In this document: piece by piece, positions 20,926 to 30,965 of the stretch
Layout of the letters: each line of letters opens with the position of its first letter
How positions within the stretch are numbered: position 1 is the stretch's first letter
Origin: a virus
Lineage: Duplodnaviria > Caudoviricetes
Virus record (IMG/VR): IMGVR_UViG_3300042975_000096
Length of the DNA: 64,000 nt
Direction: 5' to 3' (one strand)
Notes under the pieces: model-generated
What the model saw: the letters and a program-made list of their open reading frames with translations, nothing else
The model's database searches: none
Told to the model about the DNA's origin: nothing
Position numbers and translations under genes: made by a program

Positions 20926-21736
20926 GACATGCCATCCTTAAAATATTTTTTTCCAACTTCTTATCCACCAATTTGTTTGCATACATTTCCCATATTTTAC
21001 CAAACAAATCAGCTTTCACCCATGGTTTTGGATTACTAGCATAATGAATTATCTTTATTTTTTCTGATTTTATTCTTTCTCCATAAATCCGAATATATTC
21101 ATTAAACTTCAAATGACCATAATTGTTTGCCAAAAAATTATATCCATAATCTATATATTTTATTTGACCATTAAATGCATCATTCATAATATCCTGTTCC
21201 CATAAATGATAATCTTTTGCTTCTGATTCTAACCTTATATAATAACTATACATTGTATCTTTTTTATTAATAACAGTATTCCTTATCTTTTTTAGATTCA
21301 ATAAAATATTTCCTGCATTAAAATAATTTAACCCGTTTATCTTATCTCTTACTCCTGCTACAAAACAATCCTCAATATCAATTTCAAAAATTTCTGAAAT
21401 ATCTTCTATTACAACTGTATCTGCATCAATATGAAAAACCTTGTCACAATCTAGTAATTCATGCAACAACAATTTATAATATACTACACCTGCATTATCT
21501 TCTCTGATAAAAATATTTTTATCAATATAAATTGGATGGATGCAAAAATCAATAGAGCTTAATTGACCTATTTCTCCTATATCATTAAACTCTATACATA
21601 ACAAATAAACATCGTAATTTACATCACGATGCTTATTTGTTTTCAATGAATACATTGAAACATATGTTTGATATAGATATGATTTATTTGTAATGTAACA
21701 AAGATTAAAACGTCTTTGCAAACTCATTATAAACAC
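20909..21736 (-). CDS. Glycosyltransferase family 8
   Basis: HIDADTVV, YFNAGNILLNL, EQDIMN, YNF, IIHYASNPKPW. Confidence 0.9.
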   Translation of the reverse strand: MFIMSLQRRFNLCYITNKSYLYQTYVSMYSLKTNKHRDVNYDVYLLCIEFNDIGEIGQLSSIDFCIHPIYIDKNIFIREDNAGVVYYKLLLHELLDCDKVFHIDADTVVIEDISEIFEIDIEDCFVAGVRDKINGLNYFNAGNILLNLKKIRNTVINKKDTMYSYYIRLESEAKDYHLWEQDIMNDAFNGQIKYIDYGYNFLANNYGHLKFNEYIRIYGERIKSEKIKIIHYASNPKPWVKADLFGKIWEMYANKLVDKKLEKNILRMACREYKK

Positions 21737-22340
21737 TTCTCAATTCTTCTTCATCTACTGCACTATCAATTCTATCCTTGAAATCCTTAAATGCTTTATA
21801 TGCTTCATCAACGGCATTAAATTCGTCCAATGAATCTAGATATTCAGATAGCTTTTCCAAAACTTCCGTATCACCTGAATTGATTACTTTTAAATATTCT
21901 TCTTCGCGATTTTCATCTGTAATAAAATATCCTTTTGATTCCAAATAATGATTTAATTTGAAAAAATTAAATAATGCAAAATTTGAAATGGATAGTTTAT
22001 CACCAATAGAATCACCCATAATGCGAATGAAATGTGTTTTTTCTCGTTCTAGTTTATCTTGACTTGATAGCTTAACCGTTTCGACTTCTTTTATATCTTG
22101 CTCTTGTAAAATCGTTGGTTTTAAATTAACGTCATAATAAATAACACATTCAGGCTCACTTCTATGTAAATCTAATTTATTAAAAATTCTCAAATACGCT
22201 TGTGGAGAAACCTCAACATAATCCTCTTTATTCAATAAAATTGGTTCATTCTCTAATTTCAAAAATGGATTAACTAAAAAAGCTCTATCTTCTTTAACTA
22301 AAATACCACAATAGCATTTCATTTCTACATTATCACTCAT
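21705..22340 (-). CDS. Hypothetical protein; candidate accessory of the rSAM/Cys-rich substrate system
   Basis: 211 aa, overlaps both neighbours; GYFITDENREEEYLKVINSGD segment. Confidence 0.5.
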   Translation of the reverse strand: MSDNVEMKCYCGILVKEDRAFLVNPFLKLENEPILLNKEDYVEVSPQAYLRIFNKLDLHRSEPECVIYYDVNLKPTILQEQDIKEVETVKLSSQDKLEREKTHFIRIMGDSIGDKLSISNFALFNFFKLNHYLESKGYFITDENREEEYLKVINSGDTEVLEKLSEYLDSLDEFNAVDEAYKAFKDFKDRIDSAVDEEELRSVYNEFAKTF

Positions 22341-22581
22341 CTGTTTTCGTTCCTTCCTGCACTTGTTTCATAATATCATCAATATCTTTATTATTTTTAT
22401 CATTTTCTTCTGGAAATTCTAGTTCTATGTTTTGTTTTCTAGCCAAACTAACCAGCAACATATTAACAACATCCATAACCGTAGCATATGCCAATTTATC
22501 AATCGGATAAATATTTTCTCTAGCACTAATTACAAAATTTTCAATAGCTTTATCTACTGTTAATATTTTCTTATCGGACAT
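22333..22581 (-). CDS. Small hypothetical protein
   Basis: 82 aa with AAGGA RBS; second gene of the operon. Confidence 0.55.
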   Translation of the reverse strand: MSDKKILTVDKAIENFVISARENIYPIDKLAYATVMDVVNMLLVSLARKQNIELEFPEENDKNNKDIDDIMKQVQEGTKTDE

Positions 22582-22598
22582 TTAAATCTTTCCTTTCA

Positions 22599-23366
22599 TT
22601 AATAAATGTATGCATAACACCATCCATATCTTCTAACTACATGGCAAGAACAAACTTCATCACCAAAACACGTACAATAATTACAATTACATACACATGT
22701 ATTGGATAATAAATTAGCAGCTCCAACTAAGAATCTATTGAAAAACTCAGCAAATGTTTTATCCCCAACTTCAACAGTCGCAACAAACAACGCAACCCAT
22801 TGGTCTAAATTATCCGTTTGCAATGCCATATTTCCCCACGGTTTATATTTAACAGTTCCATTTGGCGAACCTTCTTCAAACCCTGTTACTGAATCATCCG
22901 TAGAATTACCATGCGAAACACCTAGTACACAATATGTTGGATTACCTCCGTATGAAGCACTCTCCATGTGACTATAATCTGTTGCATTATTTATACGATT
23001 ATTATACAAATCCCATCTATAATCAGCTGGATGATTGTTTTTATCATATTGATACATATGCAATGTTGTTTTAAATGCACGTTTTATATCGTCAGCCGTT
23101 ACCATTACATCTGGGTCTCCACTTGTACCAATTTCAATATCATCAACGCCACCACGTAATGACCATTCTCTACGCAAAATACTCCATAGCTTTTGCATTC
23201 TTTCAAATGTTAATTTCGCTCCTTCTGCCACAACTTCCATTTGTGGATTTCTTGGGGCATCACTACCCGGATGAGAACCATAAGGTTTACAAATCGGAAA
23301 TCCTGCTGGTCTTTCAATTGTATTCCAACCGCCCTCAACATGCATTACATAAGGCCCTTGTGCCAT
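22599..23366 (-). CDS. Protein with Cys-rich C-terminus (CVCNCNYCTC...CSC...C); candidate rSAM substrate/virion protein
   Basis: GGAG RBS; late-promoter motif upstream; 8 Cys in the last ~32 residues. Confidence 0.6.
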   Translation of the reverse strand: MAQGPYVMHVEGGWNTIERPAGFPICKPYGSHPGSDAPRNPQMEVVAEGAKLTFERMQKLWSILRREWSLRGGVDDIEIGTSGDPDVMVTADDIKRAFKTTLHMYQYDKNNHPADYRWDLYNNRINNATDYSHMESASYGGNPTYCVLGVSHGNSTDDSVTGFEEGSPNGTVKYKPWGNMALQTDNLDQWVALFVATVEVGDKTFAEFFNRFLVGAANLLSNTCVCNCNYCTCFGDEVCSCHVVRRYGWCYAYIY

Positions 23367-23412
23367 AATTAATCAACTCCATATATTTATTATATAAATT
23401 TTCAATTATTAT

Positions 23413-23427
23413 TCTAATATATAGATA
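23413..23427 (-). promoter_or_regulatory. Putative late promoter heading the modification operon
   Basis: TATC TATATAT TAGA (one mismatch to consensus), 47 nt upstream of 23366. Confidence 0.45.
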
Positions 23428-23436
23428 CGTTTTCTA

Positions 23437-24639
23437 TCATTTTTTATCATGATTTTCCGTAATACGTTGATTAGCAATATTACAATAATGCAATTCTTTT
23501 TCAATTCCTATAAATTTTCTATCTAAAGTATCACATGCAACACCTGTAGTTCCACTTCCTGAAAACATATCCAAAACAATCTGACCTTCTCTTGTAATTA
23601 ATTTAACCAAATATTCCATTAGCTTTATTGGTTTAACTGTAATATGGTCATTATATTTACCTTTTTCAGATTTAGAAGCCTTTGCACAATAAAAAAATCT
23701 TGATGCTCCACCCTCATCACCATATGTTATTTGGATATCTCCTGCTTTTCCCAATCCACCATGTTCAAAAAACACGCCCTCTTTTGTTCGTTTACAGTTT
23801 GTTCCGCTTTTCAAATGACCACTTTGTTCATCTAATAATTCGGCAGACACTTCATCTAAAATAACATTTGACGGAAATCTCCCTTTTGGATTCGCACTAG
23901 CCATAACATTTTTCGTATTATCAAATCCACAACTCTTATCATTCATAACAACTGCATTTTTTCTACCATGTCTAGAAGTTGTTTTTAATGGTTCATTGTG
24001 CGAAATTCTACAATCATCAATGTTAATAGCACCCGTTCCATATTTCAAAACATTTTCACATACTGTTTTTTCTTCTATTGGTTTTCTCGCCACACAAATC
24101 AATTCTTGTGCAGGTTTTAATGCAGTATTCCATCCGTTCCACTTTTTAGCTTCTTCTGTTTCGAATTCTACATCTCTAACATATTCTTGACCATTATAAT
24201 CTTTTGGTCTATCATTATCTGCATGGATTTTATTATATCCCATAGAAGCCGTAGCCTTTTTTCCTTTAAGTTTCTTAAATGCTTGCGTATTGGCTGAACC
24301 ATTTTTTATTTTTGATTCAATTTGCTTTCCAACATCAGCCCCATGTGGCATACCACTACCATAAATCCATGACATCGTATCACGAATTTCAAATCCTGCA
24401 TCTTCAATAGCACAAACCATACGATGATATGTTCTTGTGGAATTAAATACAAGAATGTGACCACCCGGTTTCAATACACGGAATACCTGCTCCCACATTT
24501 CTACACTATTTACAATACCTGTTTTATCCCACCCTTTTGACATAAAACCAATATTATAAGGTGGGTCTGAAATAACAGCATCAACGCTATTACTTTTCAT
24601 TTTTTTCATTTCTTCAATGCAATCGCCATTTATAATCAT
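23437..24639 (-). CDS. DNA N4-C/N6-A methyltransferase (beta class, long insert)
   Basis: ISDPPY, HITVKPIKLM, DMFSGSGTTG. Confidence 0.92.
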   Translation of the reverse strand: MIINGDCIEEMKKMKSNSVDAVISDPPYNIGFMSKGWDKTGIVNSVEMWEQVFRVLKPGGHILVFNSTRTYHRMVCAIEDAGFEIRDTMSWIYGSGMPHGADVGKQIESKIKNGSANTQAFKKLKGKKATASMGYNKIHADNDRPKDYNGQEYVRDVEFETEEAKKWNGWNTALKPAQELICVARKPIEEKTVCENVLKYGTGAINIDDCRISHNEPLKTTSRHGRKNAVVMNDKSCGFDNTKNVMASANPKGRFPSNVILDEVSAELLDEQSGHLKSGTNCKRTKEGVFFEHGGLGKAGDIQITYGDEGGASRFFYCAKASKSEKGKYNDHITVKPIKLMEYLVKLITREGQIVLDMFSGSGTTGVACDTLDRKFIGIEKELHYCNIANQRITENHDKK

Positions 24640-24644
24640 TTATC

Positions 24645-25715
24645 TTAATTCCTTCTCATCTTTTGATAGGCTTTAATATAATTGGAAATCTTTTTATACA
24701 TAGCGCACACACTATCATTATTCGATTTATTCCAATCTTCAACTTTACCATTGCTATTGATGGAATTACATCTAAAACAGAAAATTGAATCGCATTCCTG
24801 ACATTTACTGTTTTTTGCAAACATATTGTTTCTTACTAAATAATTATGTTCAATCTTATACAAACAATTATCGTCAAAAATATTTGTATAAAACATTTTA
24901 TCATCTGCATACAAACAACCATGGCAATACGTTACTCTACCATCTAAATCAACAATAAACGAATCGTCACCACCATGGCAATCAGCCCTATCTGCCGTAT
25001 CAAACCACACAAATCCAGTATATCCATGATTATCTTTTTTGTTGTCTATAAAATACTGAATCAACTTAATAAATTGATTGTTCATTTTATCAAAATCAAT
25101 TAGTCCATCACTTAATGTATCTGGTGTACATGCAAAAACAACTTTATGTTTTAACGTCTGATTGAATTTGTCATAATTGACATATTGCTGATAAATATTA
25201 TTCTCTAAATCATTTACAGTACATGTAGATTTAATTCCAAAATTAAATCCGTTATCATCAAAAAAATGAATTGCTTCTTTAACAACTTTATCCGTTTCCA
25301 TAACTGTTTTTCCTAACTGAACCCTTTGATTATTTTCTTCATTATGGAAATCATAAGAAACCTGAACCTGTAGACGTTTCCCAATCAAATTCTTTAGCTC
25401 TAGCAATTCTTTTTTGTATTTATTTACCAATGAACCATTCGTATACATAAAAAATTCAACATTATCATACATACTAAATTCTTTTACAATACGATAAATA
25501 TCTTTGAAATAAATGAGTGGTTCACCACCCCAAAACTCAACATGAACTAAATCATTGTTTTCTTGAAGAACATGGAGCAATTCAATTACCCTGTCAAACG
25601 TCTTTGGATATAATGACTCTTTGCTCTCTACCGCGCCATTCTTAACCTCAAAACAATATTTGCATCTAAAATTACACGCCTTACCCATATTGATGGATAT
25701 TCCAACTTTGTTCAA
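24645..25715 (-). CDS. Radical SAM/SPASM protein
   Basis: CNFRCKYC, FWGGEPL, CHGG...YCHGC, CQECDSIFCFRC. Confidence 0.9.
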   Translation of the reverse strand: MNKVGISINMGKACNFRCKYCFEVKNGAVESKESLYPKTFDRVIELLHVLQENNDLVHVEFWGGEPLIYFKDIYRIVKEFSMYDNVEFFMYTNGSLVNKYKKELLELKNLIGKRLQVQVSYDFHNEENNQRVQLGKTVMETDKVVKEAIHFFDDNGFNFGIKSTCTVNDLENNIYQQYVNYDKFNQTLKHKVVFACTPDTLSDGLIDFDKMNNQFIKLIQYFIDNKKDNHGYTGFVWFDTADRADCHGGDDSFIVDLDGRVTYCHGCLYADDKMFYTNIFDDNCLYKIEHNYLVRNNMFAKNSKCQECDSIFCFRCNSINSNGKVEDWNKSNNDSVCAMYKKISNYIKAYQKMRRN

Positions 25716-26764
25716 TTATTCCACCATCCTTTTTTTGTTATATCTATATTATATTCTTTGTTCATAAATAAATATAAACTAGATACCATATTATAAATTT
25801 CCTTTAATAATAAACAATATCCATCAACAATATCTCCGTTTTTATACTGCACATATAAACATCCTTGATTACAGAACTTATTTATTTTACATTGATTACA
25901 TTTATCATTTATCGTTATGTTATGTTCCGCTACAAATTTAATGTTATCATGATAATATTTATTCTCATTACTATCACACAATCTATAATAATCGTTTGTA
26001 TAAAATCTAGAACAAGGATATATAATTCCACTCGGAGTTAAACTAAATCCATTTTTACCTGCAAAACAAACAAAATTTCGTTTTCCTGAAACAATATTAT
26101 CTAATACTCTTTCTACAAACCCTATTCTTATCCATCTATGATAATTTTTATAATGAAAAATTAAGAACTCTTTCAATTTTAAAAGCTCTTTTTTTATCAC
26201 TATTAAATTGTTTTCATTCCAAACATCATCTTTTACAAAAGATATATCCATATATAAATCATCACAATCATTTTCCATCGCTAATTTATAAAAGTAATTT
26301 ACAACCTTCATAATGGATGGATTGTGATTGCTTATCATTGCTTTAGCTTGTACAGGAACAATATTGTTTTTTACCAATTGCTCGAAATTTGAATGATTAT
26401 TATCACATTCTCCATCACAACTAATACCTATATTAATATGATGAAGTTTTAAAATGTTTTTTATTTCTTCATTCAATAATAATGCATTCGTTTGCAAAAA
26501 ACTGAATTTTATATTATAATTGTTCTTCATCCACTCATCAAATAAAATAATTTTATTTATTTCTAATAGTGGCTCTCCACCAAAATAAGTAACATTATAC
26601 TCACCACTAAATTGTACATCAGTCATAACAGATAGATTTTCCACGCAATTCATTTGCTTTTTTAATGATTCAAATGTTAATACTTCTTCATCTTGGTTGA
26701 TATAACAATACTTACATTTCAAATTGCACTTATTTGTCATATGCAACTGTAATACATGTTCCAC
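25712..26764 (-). CDS. Radical SAM/SPASM protein
   Basis: CNLKCKYC, YFGGEPL, CFAG...YPCSRF, CNQCKINKFCNQGC. Confidence 0.9.
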   Translation of the reverse strand: MEHVLQLHMTNKCNLKCKYCYINQDEEVLTFESLKKQMNCVENLSVMTDVQFSGEYNVTYFGGEPLLEINKIILFDEWMKNNYNIKFSFLQTNALLLNEEIKNILKLHHINIGISCDGECDNNHSNFEQLVKNNIVPVQAKAMISNHNPSIMKVVNYFYKLAMENDCDDLYMDISFVKDDVWNENNLIVIKKELLKLKEFLIFHYKNYHRWIRIGFVERVLDNIVSGKRNFVCFAGKNGFSLTPSGIIYPCSRFYTNDYYRLCDSNENKYYHDNIKFVAEHNITINDKCNQCKINKFCNQGCLYVQYKNGDIVDGYCLLLKEIYNMVSSLYLFMNKEYNIDITKKGWWNN

Positions 26765-26796
26765 ATTAAAACACTCCTTTTTTATAATTATATTAA

Positions 26797-26823
26797 AAAG
26801 CTCTACTGTATGGTAGAGCTTTT
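26797..26823 (-). terminator. Intrinsic terminator
   Basis: aaaagctctac-loop-gtagagctttt. Confidence 0.7.
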
Positions 26824-26827
26824 GTTT

Positions 26828-29503
26828 TTAAATTGTTTTATTAATGCTTATATCTAATAAATATGTGGAACGATTTTTAAGATTTAATGGATAATTATAA
26901 TTATATTCTAACATAAATCCATGGGCATCCTTATCTATCTCTCCATTAATACTACCTATTTCTTTCATTTTTACTTTTCTTTTATCAATTCCACCTATAT
27001 ATAATTGTGGATAGTCAGAAGTCGAAAGAATATTCATTGTCCTTGCTACACTATCATATTTATAAGAGTTGGATAACAATGATTCGAAATTTAATAGTTG
27101 TTCATCTGTATATTCATATAATGCATCAAATATCATATTGGTTTTGAATTTGTATTGCGAAATCCTCTTTAAATTCGCCAAATCTAATTTACTTACAATT
27201 AATTCGTCATTATAATAATTCAATATATACGCAGTCTTATAGTCTATGCTTACTATTTTTGCATGACATAAATCGCTATATCTAAATTCTTTATTCGTTG
27301 TTCCTACACCATATACATCTTCTGTTGACAGTTTATATAACAATATCGTTTTGTTATATATATTACAAATTCTATAAATACCATAATCATCTTTGTTTTT
27401 GCTAGACATTGATTTTTCAAACTTTAAATAATACCTGTCATTCATAAGTTCCATAATATTCATCGGATTTTGATTCTTTATTGTATCTTTATATGTATAT
27501 GTGAGATTATCACTCTTGATATCATATTCATATCGCTGAACTTCAATGTTAAAATTGTTATCATACATACATACACTTGCCGTTGTCAATATTGTCATTG
27601 AAGTATTAAAATGAACTTTTGTATTACTTTCTTCATTTTTGAATTCTACATTTAGTGGTATTTTAATAGCATAATGGAATTCTTGCATTGTAAATTTTCT
27701 AACAAAATTATCTTCATTCATTGAAGCAAAATCATGTTCTAACACTTCATATTCTGATTCGGCTGTTATATAATATTTTACATTATTACTCGTAACATAT
27801 CCAATATCATCAATATATTTTAACATATTCGTTCTGATTTCATTAAAAATATTAGCAATCATATCGCTACAATCAATTACCGTTAATGTACTATCTTCTA
27901 TACTTATTTTTTCTAATGCATTTAAATTATCATAATTTATAAATCTTATTCGTAAATTATTATTCGTGTCAAATCCCATACACATATTATGCTTAAGATA
28001 TTCTAATGTCGGATTGTATAACGTCGTTTTGTAATCCATTGTATCATAATTTATTCCATCATATTTTACAACATGAATTCCATATTCATCAAAATTTATA
28101 AAATAAAAGCTTTTATCATTATACATGATGTATTGTGCTTTATCAAAATATTCTTGTGATTTTTCTATCAAAATATGTTTATTCTTCATATCTAAATCAT
28201 ATAAGCTAAATGGATTTAATGCGTCTTCTTTATTATAAACCATAAAACCTGTCGTTGCATTACTAGATATTGTTTTATCTTCATAAACAGCATCTAAATA
28301 TTTTGTATTACCTTTATCTGAATAACGGATAATATTATTTGCTGTCTTGTTCGTTTTTAATGTTAATTCATAATCATCATGCGCTTGTATATTAAACGTA
28401 CAAAAATAATCATCTCCACAAATCAATCTTAATGAAAATCTTCCTTCATCTCTCTTTGTGGTATTCTCATCTACTATATATTTAATAATACCCTCTCCAT
28501 TTATATCAAATATATTTGGGGATTTGTTCGTTTGGTTTTTATTATATGTCTTTAAATAATCAATGCTATAATTTTCTGTTTGAAAATGATATTTTTTATC
28601 TTCATGAATTAAATCAATGGTTAAATATTTATTCCCATCTCTATTATCAATTACTAATTCAAAAATATCTTTATCAAACATACTATTTTTGTTATTTATT
28701 CTACCTACAATTCCACCATATATGTTATACGTTGATGAATCTGTGTTACTATATGCAATGGTGTTTAATGAAAGTGTATTGGGTTTTATCATTGTACTAA
28801 TTATCTTTTCACTTTTCAACCCATTGCTAGTTACTATCTTTACTTTATATAATATTACTCTTGACTCTGCCATTGTCGTGTCAAACAATAAATCCCTGTA
28901 TCTGTATTGATGATTATGTACTTCCATCTCTCCTAATAAACTCCATTCTGTTGGAGCTTCATATCCATGACGTATTAATGAATTACTTCCATACTCTACG
29001 TTTTTATTGTATGATTTTGGGGATATATGAGAAAGTGGACAGAGATGGTAATATATCAAGATAGAGTCAATGTTGTATTGTGTCTCTAATCTTAAAATAA
29101 TATCTAGATAGCTATAGTTCTCGTGTAGTCCATATGTAGACAAGCTAACAATTTTTATATCGTTCTCTATATAATTATTCAGAATTTTCAAATAAAAATC
29201 ATTCTTATATATCTTGCCCGTATTAAGAATCACTTCAACTGCATAATTGAAATTACCCTTCTTTACAATATTTTTATCTTTAATTGTATAAAACCCGTTA
29301 CTTTCTTGATATACATCTACATCTTTATAAACTTCACCATTTTTATAAACAATAATATTATTTATTGGATATTCATTGTTTTGTATTTGCACATAAAACT
29401 CAAAATTATATACATATTCTCGTTTATAAAAATTATCTTTATCACAATACACCTCATGTGTGTATCCTTCAGGCAAAGTAAATATTATATCATGATTGTT
29501 CAA
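26828..29503 (-). CDS. Large Tyr/Asn-rich beta-rich hypothetical protein (possibly virion-associated)
   Basis: 891-aa ORF with no motif I recognise. Confidence 0.55.
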   Translation of the reverse strand: MNNHDIIFTLPEGYTHEVYCDKDNFYKREYVYNFEFYVQIQNNEYPINNIIVYKNGEVYKDVDVYQESNGFYTIKDKNIVKKGNFNYAVEVILNTGKIYKNDFYLKILNNYIENDIKIVSLSTYGLHENYSYLDIILRLETQYNIDSILIYYHLCPLSHISPKSYNKNVEYGSNSLIRHGYEAPTEWSLLGEMEVHNHQYRYRDLLFDTTMAESRVILYKVKIVTSNGLKSEKIISTMIKPNTLSLNTIAYSNTDSSTYNIYGGIVGRINNKNSMFDKDIFELVIDNRDGNKYLTIDLIHEDKKYHFQTENYSIDYLKTYNKNQTNKSPNIFDINGEGIIKYIVDENTTKRDEGRFSLRLICGDDYFCTFNIQAHDDYELTLKTNKTANNIIRYSDKGNTKYLDAVYEDKTISSNATTGFMVYNKEDALNPFSLYDLDMKNKHILIEKSQEYFDKAQYIMYNDKSFYFINFDEYGIHVVKYDGINYDTMDYKTTLYNPTLEYLKHNMCMGFDTNNNLRIRFINYDNLNALEKISIEDSTLTVIDCSDMIANIFNEIRTNMLKYIDDIGYVTSNNVKYYITAESEYEVLEHDFASMNEDNFVRKFTMQEFHYAIKIPLNVEFKNEESNTKVHFNTSMTILTTASVCMYDNNFNIEVQRYEYDIKSDNLTYTYKDTIKNQNPMNIMELMNDRYYLKFEKSMSSKNKDDYGIYRICNIYNKTILLYKLSTEDVYGVGTTNKEFRYSDLCHAKIVSIDYKTAYILNYYNDELIVSKLDLANLKRISQYKFKTNMIFDALYEYTDEQLLNFESLLSNSYKYDSVARTMNILSTSDYPQLYIGGIDKRKVKMKEIGSINGEIDKDAHGFMLEYNYNYPLNLKNRSTYLLDISINKTI

Positions 29504-29519
29504 TCAAATCACACCATCC

Positions 29520-29813
29520 TTATTCAGCTAAGAATAAATTATTTGTTTCTATGGCTTTTGGTAACAATGCTCTTAGCCCTTCCATACATGCAACTGCATC
29601 ATCATAATCTGAAAAATGCATCCTATTATTCTTAGGCTTTTCTTCTGACTTAAATTTTACTGTTAAAAATTCAGCAAACTCATTTGGTAACAAATTCAAG
29701 GTCATAGCCAAAGTATTATTTGTATTAAATTGAATTTCCACTCCACCAGTTAATCGATATGCAAGCACAAAGTATCCATATTCATCTTTATCTACTTTAA
29801 AATCAATCAGCAT
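29520..29813 (-). CDS. Hypothetical protein
   Basis: AGGAG RBS favours the ATG at 29813. Confidence 0.55.
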   Translation of the reverse strand: MLIDFKVDKDEYGYFVLAYRLTGGVEIQFNTNNTLAMTLNLLPNEFAEFLTVKFKSEEKPKNNRMHFSDYDDAVACMEGLRALLPKAIETNNLFLAE

Positions 29814-29839
29814 GTTTTTCACTCCTATTATCTAAATAA

Positions 29840-29867
29840 AATAGGCACTAAAAAATAGTGCCTATTT
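29840..29867 (-). terminator. Intrinsic terminator
   Basis: aataggcacta-loop-tagtgcctatt. Confidence 0.7.
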
Positions 29868-29868
29868 G

Positions 29869-30102
29869 TTAATTCGTATGTAATAACATCCATCTATATA
29901 CAAAATCATCATTCAATAAATTCATTTGCTTATCAACCAACTGAAATTGACCCGAAACTAATTTATTACAATAGCAATTCCATACAGGCCCTTGAATCAT
30001 AATACTTAATCTTGTATCTGCTTTATCAAAATAATGACCTAACGGGTCACGATGATATTTATATCCTAGTTTTATAAAATGACCAATTATTTGTTTTGTC
30101 AT
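29869..30102 (-). CDS. Hypothetical protein
   Basis: 77 aa with an RBS, followed by a terminator. Confidence 0.55.
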   Translation of the reverse strand: MTKQIIGHFIKLGYKYHRDPLGHYFDKADTRLSIMIQGPVWNCYCNKLVSGQFQLVDKQMNLLNDDFVYRWMLLHTN

Positions 30103-30266
30103 AATTAACTAACCCTTTCACGAATACAACGGAAAACCATTACCTTTATGAATTTATAATATTGTTTTAAATATTTATCAAATAAACCAATGGTTTTGTT
30201 CTTGCTAGAATCATTGTGTTCTCTTGTTAAAAAATAATCATTTTTTCTTTCAGCAACTTAATTAAG

Positions 30267-30815
30267 TTATTCATAACTAAAATTCAAATCTTCACACGTT
30301 ACTAGCATTTTAATAAATGGAGTAATCATTTTTTTAGGAAACATAATATCTTGTTGTTTTCTAATTTTTGATGTTGCCAAACTATGACTATCACCATTCA
30401 TACGACAATGGTCATAAAAATCACACAAATGAACCATCGTAGAATACAAATGAATATCTTCCGCTTTTAATCCAAATGGTTTACCTGTTCCATCTAAATT
30501 TTCTAAATGCTGACCAACAACATTTGCTACACGTTCAAAACCTTCCGCGCTATTAACAATGTTTTTTGAAAAAATAGGATATATGTCCTGTAGCTTCACT
30601 TTTGTTCCACATACATTAATTTCATCCTGATTACCAAATTTTCCAATTTCATGTAAAAATCCAGCCATATAAAGAACCCCTCTGTCCTTCTTTTCAATGT
30701 CGAACTTTTTACTAAACTCATAACACATCATAGCAACACGTTCTGAATGATGAAATATAGAAGGTGTTTGGGATTCAATTTTATCTAATATATAATTAAA
30801 TTTTTCCATCTTCAT
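30267..30815 (-). CDS. HD-GYP-like domain protein (degenerate)
   Basis: HHSERVA, FLHEIGK (HD to HE), HLENLDGTGKPFGL (GYP to GKP), CDFYD. Confidence 0.8.
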   Translation of the reverse strand: MKMEKFNYILDKIESQTPSIFHHSERVAMMCYEFSKKFDIEKKDRGVLYMAGFLHEIGKFGNQDEINVCGTKVKLQDIYPIFSKNIVNSAEGFERVANVVGQHLENLDGTGKPFGLKAEDIHLYSTMVHLCDFYDHCRMNGDSHSLATSKIRKQQDIMFPKKMITPFIKMLVTCEDLNFSYE

Positions 30816-30965
30816 AATAAATCAATTCACGACCTTTTTTAATAATATAATATACCACCAAAATATATTCTACTATTGAAATAGTAAAAAGACATGTAAA
30901 TAATAATAGATTTAAACAAAAAATAATATAATATAAATATAATTATTATTCGGAGGATAACCTTT

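Noticed and set aside
10802-21736. Bacterial O-antigen/capsule locus (host chromosome or contamination)
   Set aside because: No flippase, polymerase or initiating transferase; contiguous and co-oriented with phage structural genes; one paralogue lies beside the capsid genes.
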